Position numbers and translations under genes: made by a program. A stretch of DNA of 62,827 nt, filler included. It is 6 parts of 6 records of this genome, joined end to end, with 100 filler letters (N's around TTAATTAATTAA, not from the genome) between each part and the next. Parts side by side here need not be neighbours in the genome. Positions count along the whole stretch, not along the records: positions 29,788 to 38,883 come from SRR2962707_2904; positions 38,984 to 53,324 come from SRR2962707_2911; 4 more parts are not named here. One strand, given 5' to 3'. Shown one piece after another: positions 33,601 through 45,700 of this stretch (its first letter is position 1; every line of letters starts with the position of its first letter). The notes under the pieces were generated by a model. That model was given only the letters and a program-made list of their open reading frames with translations. It searched no databases and was not told where the DNA came from.

Positions 33601-36600
33601 GCCTGCTGTTGGACACTGAGCAATGTCACGGAGTCGGCCACGATGATACCAACGAAATGCAGAGGCTAACGTAAGCACACCAACATGATGAAAGTTGCAA
33701 AAAATGTTGGACCTTCAGTATTCTCATTAACCTGGTTGGCATTTTGACGGTGCAGATGGGAAAAGGACAAACCAGCCTGGCGCGGCGGGGGACGAGCTGG
33801 TGTCGATAGCGGCGAGTGTTTTGCGTACGTGTCTGATGGGACGGGAGGCTTCTCACCTCAACGTGGCGATTCACAGGGTCCGTTCCAATACATTTCTCGA
33901 AAACACCCGTCTCGCAAAGCGGGGCGACAGGGAGACAATGAGCTTGACCAAGTCGTGTGGAATCACTCAACACTCGGGACACACAATCGCGAGGTACGGA
34001 ATCTCTTTGAGAGCTGGAACTTTGACATACCAAAACATCATTGCTAGTTTTTGGTGCGTCTCCTGGGTGTCATGACGGCACGTGCGCGAATGCGCGCATA
34101 TCGTTGCAATGAATTCAGCGTATCCACACCCCCGGAGCACGTCGCGATCGGGGTCACAAAAAGTCCATATCCATGTCAACTGTTGACGACCTCAAGCACA
34201 GTGCCGCCACTCAGCAACACCAGTCTGCCACACACTGGAACAGTGCGTGTGCTGACCCTTTTGAAATGCACCTTCCTTCTTGAAAGATACTGGTTGGGCA
34301 CCAAGATGTGGGTTGCACTGACTTGAAGGTAACCACACAAAACCAAGAAGTTTAAGCCGTCACTGCTCGTGGGACGCTCCAGACGCTGAGGTGAAGGAAG
34401 TCGTCGAACATGTGTACAAAGCACCACGTAGCAACGGCAAGCTCATCCAGAGGGCAACGCACTCAAGCCGCCATTCCCACGAAGATCCCAATTCCATGGA
34501 GCAGAAACAAAGCAACCCTGGCGGGGCAGCGCGCAAAGAAGCGAGACGCAGCAGCGCATGGCAACCGAACGCAAGCCTTGCGGGTACTTCGTCCACGCAA
34601 ACCAACGACGGTGCCGAAAGTGGACCCACAGACCATTCGGGAAGTAAATCCTCTCAAAGACATGACCGCCACGAGCATCAAAGCCACCACCATCGAAGTA
34701 ACTCTCACCATCACCACCACTACCACCACCGCCACCACCTCCGCCAGAGTCCTCACCGCTCAAGTCGTAGCGAGAGCTCAGGACCAATTGGAAACGAAAA
34801 GTGAGTTGCAATTTGGTGCTGCGAGTGTTGAGTTGTCGCAAGATTCATATTCCTCAAATGTGTTCGTTTCTGCCAATATCAAGTTCTGAAGCGATGCCAA
34901 AGTCTCAAGATCTCTCCAGTGATGGGTACGAAGTCACTGGTCAAAAGGAGTCCAATGTTGTTCAAGAGCACAACCAAATTGTATTAACGCATGATGACGA
35001 GGCGAAGCATGCCACTGGAGAGGCGAAGGGCGAGGCAGCTGCGGACAACGTGGATGCCAAAAAATGTGACAATGCGCATTCATCGAAACCTGCCAAGGCA
35101 ATGCAGCCGGCAGGATGTGCAACAGAACAGCCTGCTGTCGATGAATGCCGACGCACAGCAACAAACAGTTTGATGGACCAGACAGAGAGCTCAGCGTCTG
35201 CGTCCAAATCATTGATGCACATGAGCCGAGAGGATCTTCAACAGTGGCTCAGCAATTCTGCGGCAATGAAGCACATGTATGCAAACTGTTTCAGCTCAAA
35301 TCAGCATGATAGATAGCGGTTGCCTTTCATCTGCAACTGTGCATTTGTCTTACATGCATAATACGTCCGTTTTAGGAATGTGAATTTAACATCAAAACAG
35401 CGAGATCAAATGTTATCCCTGGATGGGAAGTCACTTCTTCAGCTTTTACGGCGGTACAGCGACATCGAGTGTTCAGCCCGGTACGACCATAAGCGGATGC
35501 CAAGATCATTCAGCTGTATGCACTCAGCAGTTGTGCTCAAGACTGATAGTGCGTTTTGCTGTTTGACTGTGATAGCCTCGGTTTCAATGGAGCAGACATG
35601 AACTTTACGGCATTTAAGTGCGCGGTTGGGCTTGGAACCGCTGCATCTCAGCGCATTCGCAATGTGCATTCAACCAACATCTCGGGTTGGGGTGCTGACT
35701 CAGTTCAACGGCTACTAAAGAAGGTATAGTATTTTGTTGCAGCCGTGAAAAGCGCGCGTTGCAGTTGGTTGTTGCGCGAAAGTCTTTGCAATTCAAGTCA
35801 GACACCATCACGTCGTGTTATGTGCAAAGGTCAACAACTCTAACTCTAATGATCCCATTCCCAAAGTGTAAGTCCACATTGTGGTGAGAACGGTGCCATC
35901 GTTTGGCCGTCTAGCATAAACACGTGTTCTGAGGGCATTGCTACATCATGTTTCAGGTACCGCGGACTCAATGGATCGAATATGCTGGCAACGCTTCGAT
36001 CTGTATTAACACTCACAGATAGGAACGCACTGGCTCGTGTTGGCAACGCAAATACAAGCAGCACCAATGAAACGAAGCGGAGTGTTCGTTTGACGACGGT
36101 AAGTGCGCCATATGACGGGTTGGAGTAATGGCAACAAGCAACTCAGAAAAAGGAAACCGTGTGGCTTCGACGCCATTGACTTTGTGTTTGCACGAAGGTA
36201 AACTTCTCTCTCCGGTTGTTCAACATGCTCTCGGATTTACCAAGCAAATTTATCGACATTGACACCCTGACAGAGCAGAATCACAACATGCCTTCTTTGT
36301 TGCCGCAACTATCGAGCACCCACAGCCCTTTGACACTGGTAAGTGAGCATCGTCTGCTGTTGCAATCCTCAGAAGTGGATTGTATTCTGATAGCGATGGA
36401 ATACTGAATCTAGAACTACTCCAAAAAGCTATGCCCGGGTTCCGCGTCACCATTGACACCCACCCTGCCGCCGTCGCCGAAGAAGACTGCAGTTTCAAAC
36501 ATTGAGTTTGTTAGCGAGCTGGAGCTTCCTCGCGAACGCCCCGCAAAAGGTTCGAATGAAACGTGTGTTTCTGCTGCAACGGTGTTTTTTCATCCGGCTT

Positions 36601-37048
36601 GCGTTTTTGGTGCAATAATTCCCATCGCCATGTCTGCGACTGCAGAACCTATGCGCAGTCCGCAGCTCTCTCCCCAAAAGACTGTACACACTGTTCGCGT
36701 CTACAGTGATGGGAATCCACTGGAAGAACTTCACGTGCGTTAATTAACAGCAAGTGCTCGGAGATTGTTCTGTCACGGTGCTAGTCGAAGTGTGCCGCAT
36801 GACTTCATCATTGCTGCTGTATGTCACAGCCAGATCTTGCAAAACGCTTGGGGATGACATCCTGTGAACAGGCTTTGCCTCGCCCCATCCCCAAGGCTTC
36901 CGTGCAACAGTACAGTTTCGATAGCCTCTCAAACGGACTGCGGCTGGTACGTGTTAGTATTTTGATATGCCAGCCTGCAAACACTTTGTGTACACAGGGA
37001 TGTGGCCGAGACGCAAAAAACATTATAAAGACAAATCAATCATGTTAG
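30658..37048 (+). CDS. Large multi-exon eukaryotic protein: atypical receiver (REC) domain, EF-hand-like FELxDxW domain, His-rich disordered region, SAM-like segment; both ends uncertain
   Basis: Phase-consistent exons 30658-30776, 30878-30914, 31004-31123 and 31222-31358 give a REC-like sequence (PPAVVFVDI, KLVVYWT, EAGVDDFVGQP). Exons 31911-32745 give GNLDMYS..KRKRL..W..DERGMISRSHY..DWDRD..FFRSMFELVDNW. Further upstream exons probably start near 30090. Confidence 0.65.
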
Positions 37049-37523
37049 GGCCCAAAGCAGGCATCGCTGAAACAGCGGCGTCTGCAAAAGCTGCGGGTTG
37101 AAACAAAGGTGTTGGGCTCACTTATATCGAGCAAGCGCCGTCTGCCGCATTCCTCGCGCCGCGACAAGCAAAAGACACCCCTTTCCAGCCCAATAAAGTC
37201 AAGCGCATTTTGGTAAGGTCGGCAAATGAGACCATCTGGGGCTACTTTTCTTGACTGAGTGGCCGGCTGACGGACAAAGCAAGGGAACTCTACGCCAATC
37301 TACGCAGACTGACCACCGCTAACAATAACAATTATCGAAAAGCAACAACGCACAAGACCAGAATATTTACATGAATTCAATCTGCACGTAGAAATTTCGA
37401 CGCGATTAACACCCGAATCCGAAAAACGCTCTGGGTCCTTCTTGGACGCTTGAAGGTTGAACCAAATACACACCAGCTGCAGGAATGCGCAAAGCCCCCT
37501 TTTGGCTCGAATACGAGGTCATG

Positions 37524-38846
37524 CTACGCGGCTGGTGTCGGGATCATGCAGAGAATTGCGCACAACGTCCAGAAAAAACAGCCAGATAATGAAAGCATTT
37601 TCGCTTCATAGCCGCCGTCCTTATGCAGAACACTGTCGGTCGAAGACCACAAGTCAAGGCATGAACCCACAAAGTACGAAGCTACTGTCTACGAGCAGTG
37701 TTAAGTACGCAACGTAAAACGACGCGCATGGTATCTATAGACACAAACATATAGTGGATGATGAGGAGCAGGATTACGCACCAGGACGCTCGTAGCATTT
37801 CCCGGGTAATTGGCTTCATTGGCTAAGTCCTCAATTGCAGGGGAGTTTTCGAATTTTCTCCTCAGCCTGCGGGCACCCCTAATTCGGTCCTGTCGCAAAA
37901 AGTGCCGGCCTTTACTGAAAGAGTCGCGCGTGAAGCACATGACCGCTTTCAGTTGCTCGCCAGCACTTGTCTTGCAGCGGCGCAGCTGACGCAGCGGCGA
38001 GCGAAACGCAGAAGCAGAGCATGCGACGCAGCTGGATACTGCCCCACAGAACATGATCAGGGAAGCTGCAAAATTTGTGAGGTTGACGAGGTCAGGATCG
38101 CAGAATCGATCTGTAATTTGTTGTGCCATCACCGCATTGTCTCCATGAACACCCGCATCACTGCGCGGTGTTTGGTCGTTCGAAGAGCAATATATCGGGA
38201 GCGCAACTGCAGCCATATACAGCAACGATGCCACAACAAAAGCAATCGGCATGCAAAGGTTGGTACCACCACACAACTGGCCACCTGACCGCATGGATGC
38301 TCCGTTGCCCTCGGGTTGAATTGCAGCTACCGAACCAGAGGATCCATTCGACAAATGCGACGTTGGTGGCTCCGAAGCAAACAAGGCGACGTTCTGCGCT
38401 ACGGTCTGCGTGCCTGCGATGTGAACGGTGTCGCTGCTTTCCCGCCCGCCCAATGGATTGCCACGCTGGTTGCTTTGCGGCGGTGCTTCCACAAGGTTTC
38501 GACGACTGCGAATGCGCATCGCAAAGAATAGGTCATATACTGGGTTAAGCACCCACAGGAAGTACGCGAGGAGGCTCATGGTTTGCGTCACTGCTGTCTG
38601 GTGCCCACCGTTAGAGTAGAAGACAACAACAACGTAGTTGTTGATCAGGCAACCGCACAGGAAGTAAAACTGCGAGGAGTGGTACAGCCAGAGCGACACT
38701 CGGTCTAGCGGCGGCGCAGCTACTTTTCTGGAGACGAGATGGCGCTGCTCTCGCTGCTCTGACTGCCGTTCAGGGAGCAGCGCCGTCGACTCGGTTGCTG
38801 AATCATGGCAGTCGCCCAGCTCGGCATCAGAACCTTCGCTGTTCAT
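37524..38846 (-). CDS. Uncharacterised ~409-aa 6-TM protein, 2 exons (38846-37782, 37688-37524)
   Basis: Long ORF plus a phase-0 GT-AG intron adding TVASYFVGSCLDLW..LSGCFFWTLCAILCMIPTPAA*; three helical-hairpin units; N-terminal ESTALL dileucine motif. Confidence 0.7.
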
Positions 38847-38883
38847 GCTAGCGCAACAACAACAACGACGACGACAACAACAA

Positions 38884-38983
38884 NNNNNNNNNNNNNNNNN
38901 NNNNNNNNNNNNNNNNNNNNNNNNNNNTTAATTAATTAANNNNNNNNNNNNNNNNNNNNNNNNNNNNNNNNNNNNNNNNNNNN
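38884..38983. other. Artificial contig-joining spacer
   Basis: N44-TTAATTAATTAA-N44. Confidence 0.97.
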
Positions 38984-39420
38984 TCACGAACTCACGAACT
39001 CACGAACTCACAATGTCACTCGCGAACTCACTCACTCACGAAGTCACAATGTCACTCGCGAACTCACTCACAGGCAGGCTCCGCGCTCACAGACTCTCCC
39101 ACTCACAACAACCTCACTCGCGCCCTCACTCATGAACTCACTAAGAACTCACTCATGAACTCCCTCCCTCGTGAACGAACTCACTCGCGTAGGAACCCTT
39201 TCACGCGCGCACTCAACACTCACAAACTCCCGAGCTCACGAACGCACTCACACACTCACTCACAGGCTCACTCACATTCTTATTCACTTCAACATGAAGT
39301 CCCGCGAAGACCCACGCTCGCTCACTGACGAAGTCACTTGCTCACGAAGTCACTGGCTCACTCACAAACGAACTCACTCGCTCGCTCACCGACAAATGCA
39401 CTCCCGAACTCGCTTCGCTT
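38984..39420. repeat. Degenerate CTCA/CTCACGAA satellite with an embedded 36-bp tandem duplication
   Basis: ctcacgaa repeated at the start, tcacaatgtcactcgcgaactcactcac twice, then dense ctca/ctcg units. Confidence 0.85.
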
Positions 39421-39778
39421 CTTATTAAAATAAAGAAGGAGACGAGAGACCGCTTTGTTCTCGTTCATTTCTTTCTGGGTGTGTGTGTGTGTGTGGTTGT
39501 CTGTGTGTGTGCGAGAGAGTTTGGAATCTTGGTGAATGCTTCACAAGTGCGTTCCCTGCTGGAGGGTGGGCGACGTACCGCCCGAGTTTAGCGCGGGGAA
39601 GGGAATGCCTGTTGTTTGATTTCCTCCGCTGTTACAGAGCTGTACCGGGTCACTTTTGAAATCCCACTTCTGCTTCGTCTTCTTCTTGTTCTTCGTCGTC
39701 ACTTTATCTTGTAGTCTGGTTTCTGCTGGGGGAGGGGAGGGATTAGGCGACGTTCATTTGCATTCGACGCATTTGATA

Positions 39779-42700
39779 ATGGATCGCACTGCGAGCGAGC
39801 GGACGTCGGGTGGGGCCTCTTCTGAGAAGAGCGGAGAAGTTGTTGGAGAGGAATCCAATTTCAAGAGGGTTGTCCAGACATCCAAGTCGATCCAGGAACC
39901 CCAGTTCAGTGCGCGGCACTCCACTCTGGGGGCAAACTCTGACGACAGTAGCGGCGATGAGTCGGAGGTCAACGTTGTGTTGGGAAGAGGTGGCAGTATT
40001 GCAGGCTCCGGCACTGGCGACCAGGACTTGCACACTCCGGGTGGAACCCTTGATGGACTCTCGGATTTGAATTTATTCGACGAACCTGGAGCTGACCGCG
40101 GCCCCAGAGCGTGCGTCAATACATGGTGGCTGTTGGCTGGCTGGCTGGCTGACGGTCACCACAAGCGATTTTGACGTGCATCATCGTCACATTTTTCTGC
40201 TGGCACCCTCCCTTTTCAGGTACGAAGGTATATTTCACACAGTGTCCGGCAGGCCACGACCGATGAAAAAGCGAGTAGAATGGGCGGCGAATGGAAAAGG
40301 CAGTTCTTGCAGCATCTGCCTCAAAAAATTCATGATGACTGGCGCGAGGAAGCGTACGTGTCAGCAGCCATGGTTTCCTGCAGGAAGTGTGCAATCCCTG
40401 TCATTGTTCCCTTTATTCGCGCATGCCCACTGACGCTTCATGTGGCTTTGCAGGTACTTTTTGCCGCAAATGTGGTCGAAGCGTGTGCTCTAGCGCTTCT
40501 TGTTCTTCGAAAAACTTTTGGGCGCTAATGGACCACGTGCCTCAACGCACTTGTGTCACTTGTGTTGCTGCAGCCTTCAAGGACCATGAGGTATAGTTAT
40601 GGATTCTCATCAAAGAGTTGTCGATGAAGGTGACATTCGACGGTGACTGAATATTCGGCGATGCTGTTACGTTGCACATGCAGGATCTCTGCTCAGGAAA
40701 TAGTCAGCGGCGACCAGTTCTGATCATTCCTGGATTTGCATCCAGTGTGTTGGAGGTGCACAAGTCAGAGTCGAAAAAGTCTTGGGAGGGTCACGCCGTG
40801 TGGGTAAGAATTGAGGAGCTTCTGCGGAAGGCACTTGACAAAGCAAACACCATTAAGCACAACAAATCGTCGAGGAAATCGCGCGCTGCTTCAATGGGGT
40901 TAATTGGCTCGTCAAGCTCTCAATCGTCGTCCTCCAGTTCGCTGCTTTCTCGTGGTGACAGCTCGGAGTCATTTTTAAATTTGTCGCCCCCGCCGTCCCC
41001 GACACGTCGCGTTGACTCGAGCCTTAACTTTGATCTCGACCATGTAATTCTTTTTGTTGCTGTTGCTTGATGTGCCCCCCTCATCGACAATTGAAGCTGC
41101 CCGACATTGTAATGGATTGGCTTGCACGTGTGGCACTTGAAAAACGTCTAGGTCTTGACGCCGGAAAGTCCAGAGGCTGCCAGCATTGAGAAGCAAAAGA
41201 TTGAAGCAGCTGCGACCACCCTCCAGCGACGATTTCGTCAAATCGCAACTGCCAAACGTGAAGCGGTACACTTTTCTGGAATTTTTTTTGTGCCTGTTGC
41301 GGGCGGTTCATTGGAACAATGTTGTTGAGATGCATTGCCTTGATTTGTAGATGCAAGAAGCAATTTTAAAGGCTCGCAAGGAGGCCGAGGCTGAAGGCAA
41401 TGTGCTGACAGGTGCGTCTTGCTTGCTGACCATTGCCATCGCACTGCCTCATTATTTCAGTTGGTGCTCAACAGATTGCTGTTCAATTTTATTTTTTCTA
41501 TACACCACAATCAAAGAGGAAACGGAGGCTGCAATTGCTGCTTCTGCTGTATTTGGCACGCCTACTTCCACCCCCAGTGCCCAAAGTTCTCGCGTGAAAA
41601 AGAAGCGTTTTCGTCGAAGCGGCGGAACGGCGGGAAGTCCAATTTCTTCTGGGACCGGTTCGTCCTGTGCTGTGGCTTCCACCGATGGAAACTACGGGAA
41701 TAATGTCGCTGCAATGTTCGCCTGCCTTGCTGTTTTCTTTATCATTTTTTTTGACGATTTTCTTTTTCATCGCTGATTGTTTTGCAGGCGCGACACGATC
41801 ACTTGGGGGCTCAAGGCACGCACGAGCCCGTGCTCCAACTATCAAGCGAAAGGAAACTTTCACTGTGGAGCGTGAATCCACCCAAGACTATTTGGCAACA
41901 GCTCATCCATTGGTGCGGCACTTGACGCTGGGGCGGGATGGAGTTTCTGATCCACCCGGCATCAAAGTTCGTGCACGGAAAGGTCTTGATGCAGTTATGT
42001 ACGTCCCAGCAAGCATTTCCGTGGTCTGGCAGTATGCATATGACGCACATGAATTTGATCCTTTTGACGTGTCTGGTTAGGTACCTTTCAAATGCTTCTG
42101 TGATGAAAAGTCGGACTTTTGTGTTCGGGAAGCTTGTGGAGCACCTGTTTGATCTTGGATATACTCCTTGGAATGGCTCCAATGTTGGTACGCACCCCGT
42201 GCTGTGTTGTGAATCACGGAATTGCTTTTTTGCTGTGACGATGAAAAACTGTCTTATTCATGAGTCGGAACTTTTCACCGCCAGCTCAATTGAAGAACGG
42301 GCCAAAATCTCCGCGTCGGAAGCGCGGTATTTTGTCAATCTCGCTGCACAAGCACCAGCATCATCATGCCAGTTCTGACAAATTGAATCCAGCTCCAGTC
42401 ATCACGGCTGCACCTTACGACTGGCGCATTTCGCCGCGGCATTTAGAGGCCCGAGACGGCTACTTCTCAGACTTGAAGCGGAAAATTGAATGCCTTTACA
42501 AGTCCGCGTTGATTTTATTATGCTTTCCGCTTTTCTGTGAGGGAACTCGAAATGTCGTCATCGTTGCTTTGAAAAACCCTCCCCAATTCATCTCTGTGGT
42601 TGCCGAATGGTATGATTCATTCCATTCCCACCCTACGCTGGGCATGTATTGCGTAGGTACCGCGGTCCTGTCGTTCTGTTGGCACACTCCATGGGCTGCA

Positions 42701-45700
42701 TGGTGACATATTACTTTTTACGGTGGGTTTTATGGCACGAACTGCGCAATATGGTCGTTCGGGCCATTTCCGGGCCAGAAATTAACCCTATCCACCCCGA
42801 GAGAACTGTGCCAACAGCAGCCGCTGATATTGCTACACCCGCTCCTGCACCTAAAGCTACAACTGAGCTACCTGGCGGAAGCAAACGAGCTCCAACACGC
42901 CAACTTAGCGGACTGGTGCTAGCCGCTCACAAAAAGCAACTTCAGGAAGCTGAAACACAGCTAACAATCTTGAAACAGGTACTCAGCTTGGGTTGGCTTG
43001 GCATGTTGGCTTTTTTTGGATGGAAACGCTCACTTCGGTTTGCCTGTGTACTTCGTCGCGCTGTTGGATTTGTAAATTCATGCCACAATGTCGCAAAAGT
43101 CACGACTTGCCGCTGAGCAAAAGGTACAAGCTGTGGAGGAGGCAATTGAAAAGTTTGAAGTCCGATGTTTGGGGTTTATCCCTGAAACTACGGCCGGTTC
43201 TGGTGATCGTCAAGGGTACATATTTCAAGCTGATGGACCGAAAGGCTCCGGCTTCTATCGCGACACATCTGATATGCTTCCGGCACTCAAAAAGGTGCCG
43301 AAGAGAGGGTTCCCACGATGATTCCGTTTGCAAGGACACCTCGAATTTTTTGCTGATAATTTTGTGTTTGCATGCTTGCGTTCGAAGGCGCAAAGAAAAT
43401 TGATGAGGGCACGTTCTTCTGAAGAGGATGCCAATAACGCAGTCACAAAGCTACGCGCTCTCGTGATGCAGGATGCGGTTGCAGTTGCTGTCCGCCGAAA
43501 GCACACTTCCAAGGCACAACTTATGAAAAAAACTAATCGTGGCCGTCGAGCGCTTCTCGCATTTCACCGCAAAGACATCCATCCATCGCACGTATTAGTT
43601 TGTGCCAACCCTTGATATTGACATTATAACCGCTGTGCATGTGTACTCGTCATTTGATGGTATGTGTCTGTGTCTGTGTGTGTATGAAACTAGCTACCAA
43701 CGTGTTCATTTGGAAAAAGCATTGAAATTAGCAGCAACAATTGGCGTGGAGCTCTCCCCTGACACTGTGGAAATGGTTCGGTTACAGGAGGATCCAGAGG
43801 CCCTCGAGGCACTGGTGAGTGGCGGAACACACTGCTTAGGGGACCTGGCTATGGTTCCGTGTTCTCGGTGGTAGATGGGTCGAGCACCTGAAACATCATT
43901 CTGACTGCAGCTATTTCAGTCTGTGTTTTTGTTGGTCGTTGAATGAAGGCGGATGTGCTTGACGAAGGGATCCGGAGTCCCGCCAAGGTGGTGTTGAGCA
44001 TGTTCAGGCGCAACATCAACCAAGTTGTCCGTGAGCTGTTGCCGAAAGTGGTGGAGCTACATGGCGGGATGTCCAGTCAGTGGGCACGGAAGCACATTGA
44101 AATCTTTACCTCACTCGGAGGACCTTTTACTGGCACAAGCAAGGTTTGTTGTTTGATGTGGATGTCATGCCATGTGGGTGATGCTCGTTCCGGTTTAACA
44201 GTATTATTTTTCGAGTTCGAGAAGCAAAACACAGGCTAACCCCGCGTTTTGAATGGGCCCTTTAATTCAGGCGCTGCGCATGTCTGTGGATGGTACTGGC
44301 ATGATCCTTGAAAACTTTTTCTCCCGAAAAGAATCCTCACAGATTGTCCACTCTCTATCTGTAGCGCCATCTCTGTTTGCTGTACCAAGGGCTCTTAATG
44401 CTGTGCACTCTTTTGGGGCTATCAAAGTTTGTTCATTGTAACTGGAATATGTGGTGACCCTTGTGTTTGATAGAGTTCTGCTGGTACGCTGCGGTTGTCG
44501 CGAAATTCTCATATGTGCATGCTCTGCTGTTCTGACGATCATGCTACGTTTGCTCAGACCCATCAACATTCTAGTATTGATGCAAGTTATGATCGCAGAA
44601 AGGACGAGGACATGCTTGCGAGGAAATTAGTCCCATGGTATGTCAGTTGGTCATTTGCAATCTTTGGTGGCGACAACACTTGGGCAGATTTTGTCGCTAA
44701 GTATTCCTCATTGTGGAAGGTATGAGCACAATGACGTCGAAGCTGGTAGCTGCACTGTGGAACGTGATTTTGTGATGGAAGAAGTATATCGAATGGTGTC
44801 AACACATCGTCTTATCGATGAGACTGAAGCTGTGTGCGTGTCGTGCGCGAAAATCTTACACCAGCATCCTATTAATTTGACCCAATCCATGATGTGCTGC
44901 GTGAATCCATGAAGTGCTCATGACTGGCGTCAATGTTCCATTCCCTGTCCAGGCTAAACTCCCAACAATCCTCTATGTCTTCATCCCTACGCAGTGCCGG
45001 GCAAGAGGACAAGCAAGACGACAGCTCAGCTGAATTGGACGCACAAGCTGAGCAAGAGGAAATGCAGCATTGTCCTGCATGTGGGTTATTGAACCGGCGT
45101 CCGGCCAACGGCAATCCAGTTGCAACTTGCAGTGGTGTTCGTGGCTGTCACAGTCGGTTCAATTGGAAGCATGGACATTCGCATGCGCTGGAGGATGGCA
45201 TCCCGCTTGAGGTTGATGATGTCGAAGCAGATGCTGGGGCCGAACACAGTAATGTGTTTTCAGAAGGAAGCCCTTCTGATACATTACTCACAAAGCCGGG
45301 GCTCTCCATACAACGCCTCTTTCGACACCTTCATCATATGTTTGGCCCTGCCTACCTAAATCGAAAAGCAAAGGTATGCACGGCATCACAAGCACTTGCA
45401 CTGGCCAAAATTTTGTCCGTCAACAAATGTCGTTTTCGAACGAATCTTTGAGTACTTTGACTCACTGAAGTTGCTATAAACGGCAGATTCGAACTCTCTT
45501 CGACGAGTATCTTAATCGAGCCAAGAAGCTTCCGTCGAGCCTGCCTGTATTTCTGGTGCGGGACACAAGCATAGTTCGTGTGGCGTTTTCAAACGTGTTC
45601 TTACACCATTCGTTCACAGAAGCACTCGACCCTGGCTTGTCCGAGGCCATGCGGCGCGGGCTTGATTGGTACGAACAAAAATATTGTGCTAGTGACGCGT

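Noticed and set aside
38984-39420. Telomere or CRISPR array
   Set aside because: Units are degenerate 4-8-mers with no constant repeat-spacer structure and no regular telomeric unit.
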